Below are positions 31,461 through 32,000 of a DNA stretch of 32,000 bases, piece after piece. Location: NCBI RefSeq assembly GCF_900167395.1, contig NZ_FUWK01000031.1:3594-35593 (forward strand), read 5' to 3'. The stretch comes from Nitrosomonas europaea (GTDB lineage: Bacteria; Pseudomonadota; Gammaproteobacteria; Burkholderiales; Nitrosomonadaceae). Each line of letters opens with the position of its first letter. Positions within the stretch are counted from its first letter, which is position 1. The position numbers were made by a program, and so were the translations under genes. The notes below the pieces were generated by a model. That model did not search any database, was not told the DNA's origin, and saw nothing but the letters and a program-made list of their open reading frames with translations.

Positions 31461-31509
31461 GGTCATATCTCCATAGCGATAATCTGCTGTAAAACATGAA
31501 ATCGATGCT

Positions 31510-31655
31510 AAGGAACCTCTGAAAAACGTTAGCGAGGCAGTCAGTTCAAGGCAAAAATCGGCGAAAAAGCGGAGTTTATACATAATAAATGAGCATTTTG
31601 ATGCCGATTTTTAACGCAGAAATGGCAATGCAGGTAGTTTTTCATAGATTCCCTA
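31510..31655 (-). repeat. MITE-like palindromic repeat, copy 2 (inverted relative to copy 1)
   Basis: The reverse complement aligns to 19692..19836 along its full length, with roughly 10 to 15 substitutions. Its ends are AAGGAACCTCTGAAAAAC and (reverse complement) GGGAATCTATGAAAAAC. Confidence 0.75.
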
Positions 31656-31678
31656 AGGCCATTATGTGTAGTAGTTGA

Positions 31679-32000
31679 GATCTGATCTGACAGTTACCCG
31701 ATTTGACGAGTGCCTGTTAGATCAGATTCAGTTATTCAATTCGGTAATTTTATCGTCCCATATCTCCTTAGCGTCAATTAAAGTTTGCATCGGGGTGCGT
31801 CCACAGCACATTTTTCCCTGGTGAGTCCGCACACTGTTGTAGTACGCCATCCAATCATCCAGATCGTGTTGTAACTCTTCAATGGACTGGTAAATCTTGC
31901 GCCGGAATGTCACCTGGTAGAACTCCTGCAAGATGGTTTTGTGAAAGCGTTCGCAAATACCGTTGGTCTGCGGATGATTGGCTTTCGTTTTGGAATGTTC
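31679..32000 (-). mobile_element. Partial insertion sequence (end region plus the transposase 3' part)
   Basis: The transposase fragment is accompanied by an imperfect inverted repeat, GATCTGATCTGACAG ... CTGTTAGATCAGATT (31679-31727), just beyond the transposase stop. This is a plausible IS terminus. The exact boundary cannot be set without the other end. Confidence 0.55.
31728..32000 (-). CDS. DDE transposase, integrase-core (rve) domain, C-terminal part (IS481-like); the gene continues beyond the window
   Basis: Minus-strand translation gives ...EHSKTKANHPQTNGICERFHKTILQEFYQVTFRRKIYQSIEELQHDLDDWMAYYNSVRTHQGKMCCGRTPMQTL... This contains the rve catalytic Glu region (TNG.ERFH) and the typical YN..R.H tail. 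Confidence 0.85.
   Translation of the reverse strand, partial: EHSKTKANHPQTNGICERFHKTILQEFYQVTFRRKIYQSIEELQHDLDDWMAYYNSVRTHQGKMCCGRTPMQTLIDAKEIWDDKITELNN

Noticed and set aside
1-32000. Search by eye for rRNA, tRNA and CRISPR arrays
   Set aside because: I saw no regularly spaced direct repeats, no cloverleaf-like segments in intergenic regions and no rRNA-like stretches. This is a visual inspection only. tRNAscan, Infernal or a CRISPR finder would be needed to be definitive.

Overview
This window looks like a proteobacterial chromosome segment of about 50% GC. It may come from a betaproteobacterial chemolithotroph such as a Nitrosomonas-like organism, but that is a guess from gene content only. 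Beta-oxidation genes sit at both ends: an acyl-CoA synthetase fragment and fadE on the left, and a FadN-type dehydrogenase/hydratase plus thiolase on the right. They flank about 24 kb of accessory genes, mostly for metal or tetrapyrrole acquisition.

The interior contains:
- a LysR/pirin/DoxX module
- a ceruloplasmin-like two-domain multicopper oxidase
- a Fur-box-controlled minus-strand cluster: DUF2325 coiled-coil protein, secreted 4x CbiX-like chelatase-fold protein with a His-rich linker, FRAP/NPNL heme-type TonB-dependent receptor, hemP, and a second DUF2325 protein
- three promoters that each carry the same 17-bp palindrome (TGCGACAA-T-TTGTCGCA) directly against the -35 hexamer

Those three promoters drive TonB-dependent receptors from two lineages, two paralogous secreted BNR/Asp-box beta-propellers with a conserved CxCC...CPH motif, and a TlpA-like periplasmic thioredoxin. 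I consider this palindrome regulon and the receptor/propeller/thioredoxin module the best candidate for an undescribed system here.

The window also holds an M18 aminopeptidase, an MliC-like lipoprotein and a MITE-like repeat family. Two toxin-antitoxin pairs (MNT/HEPN and ParD/ParE) each have a frameshifted toxin and an intact antitoxin. A partial rve-type IS transposase sits at the right edge. I recognised no rRNA, tRNA or CRISPR array.
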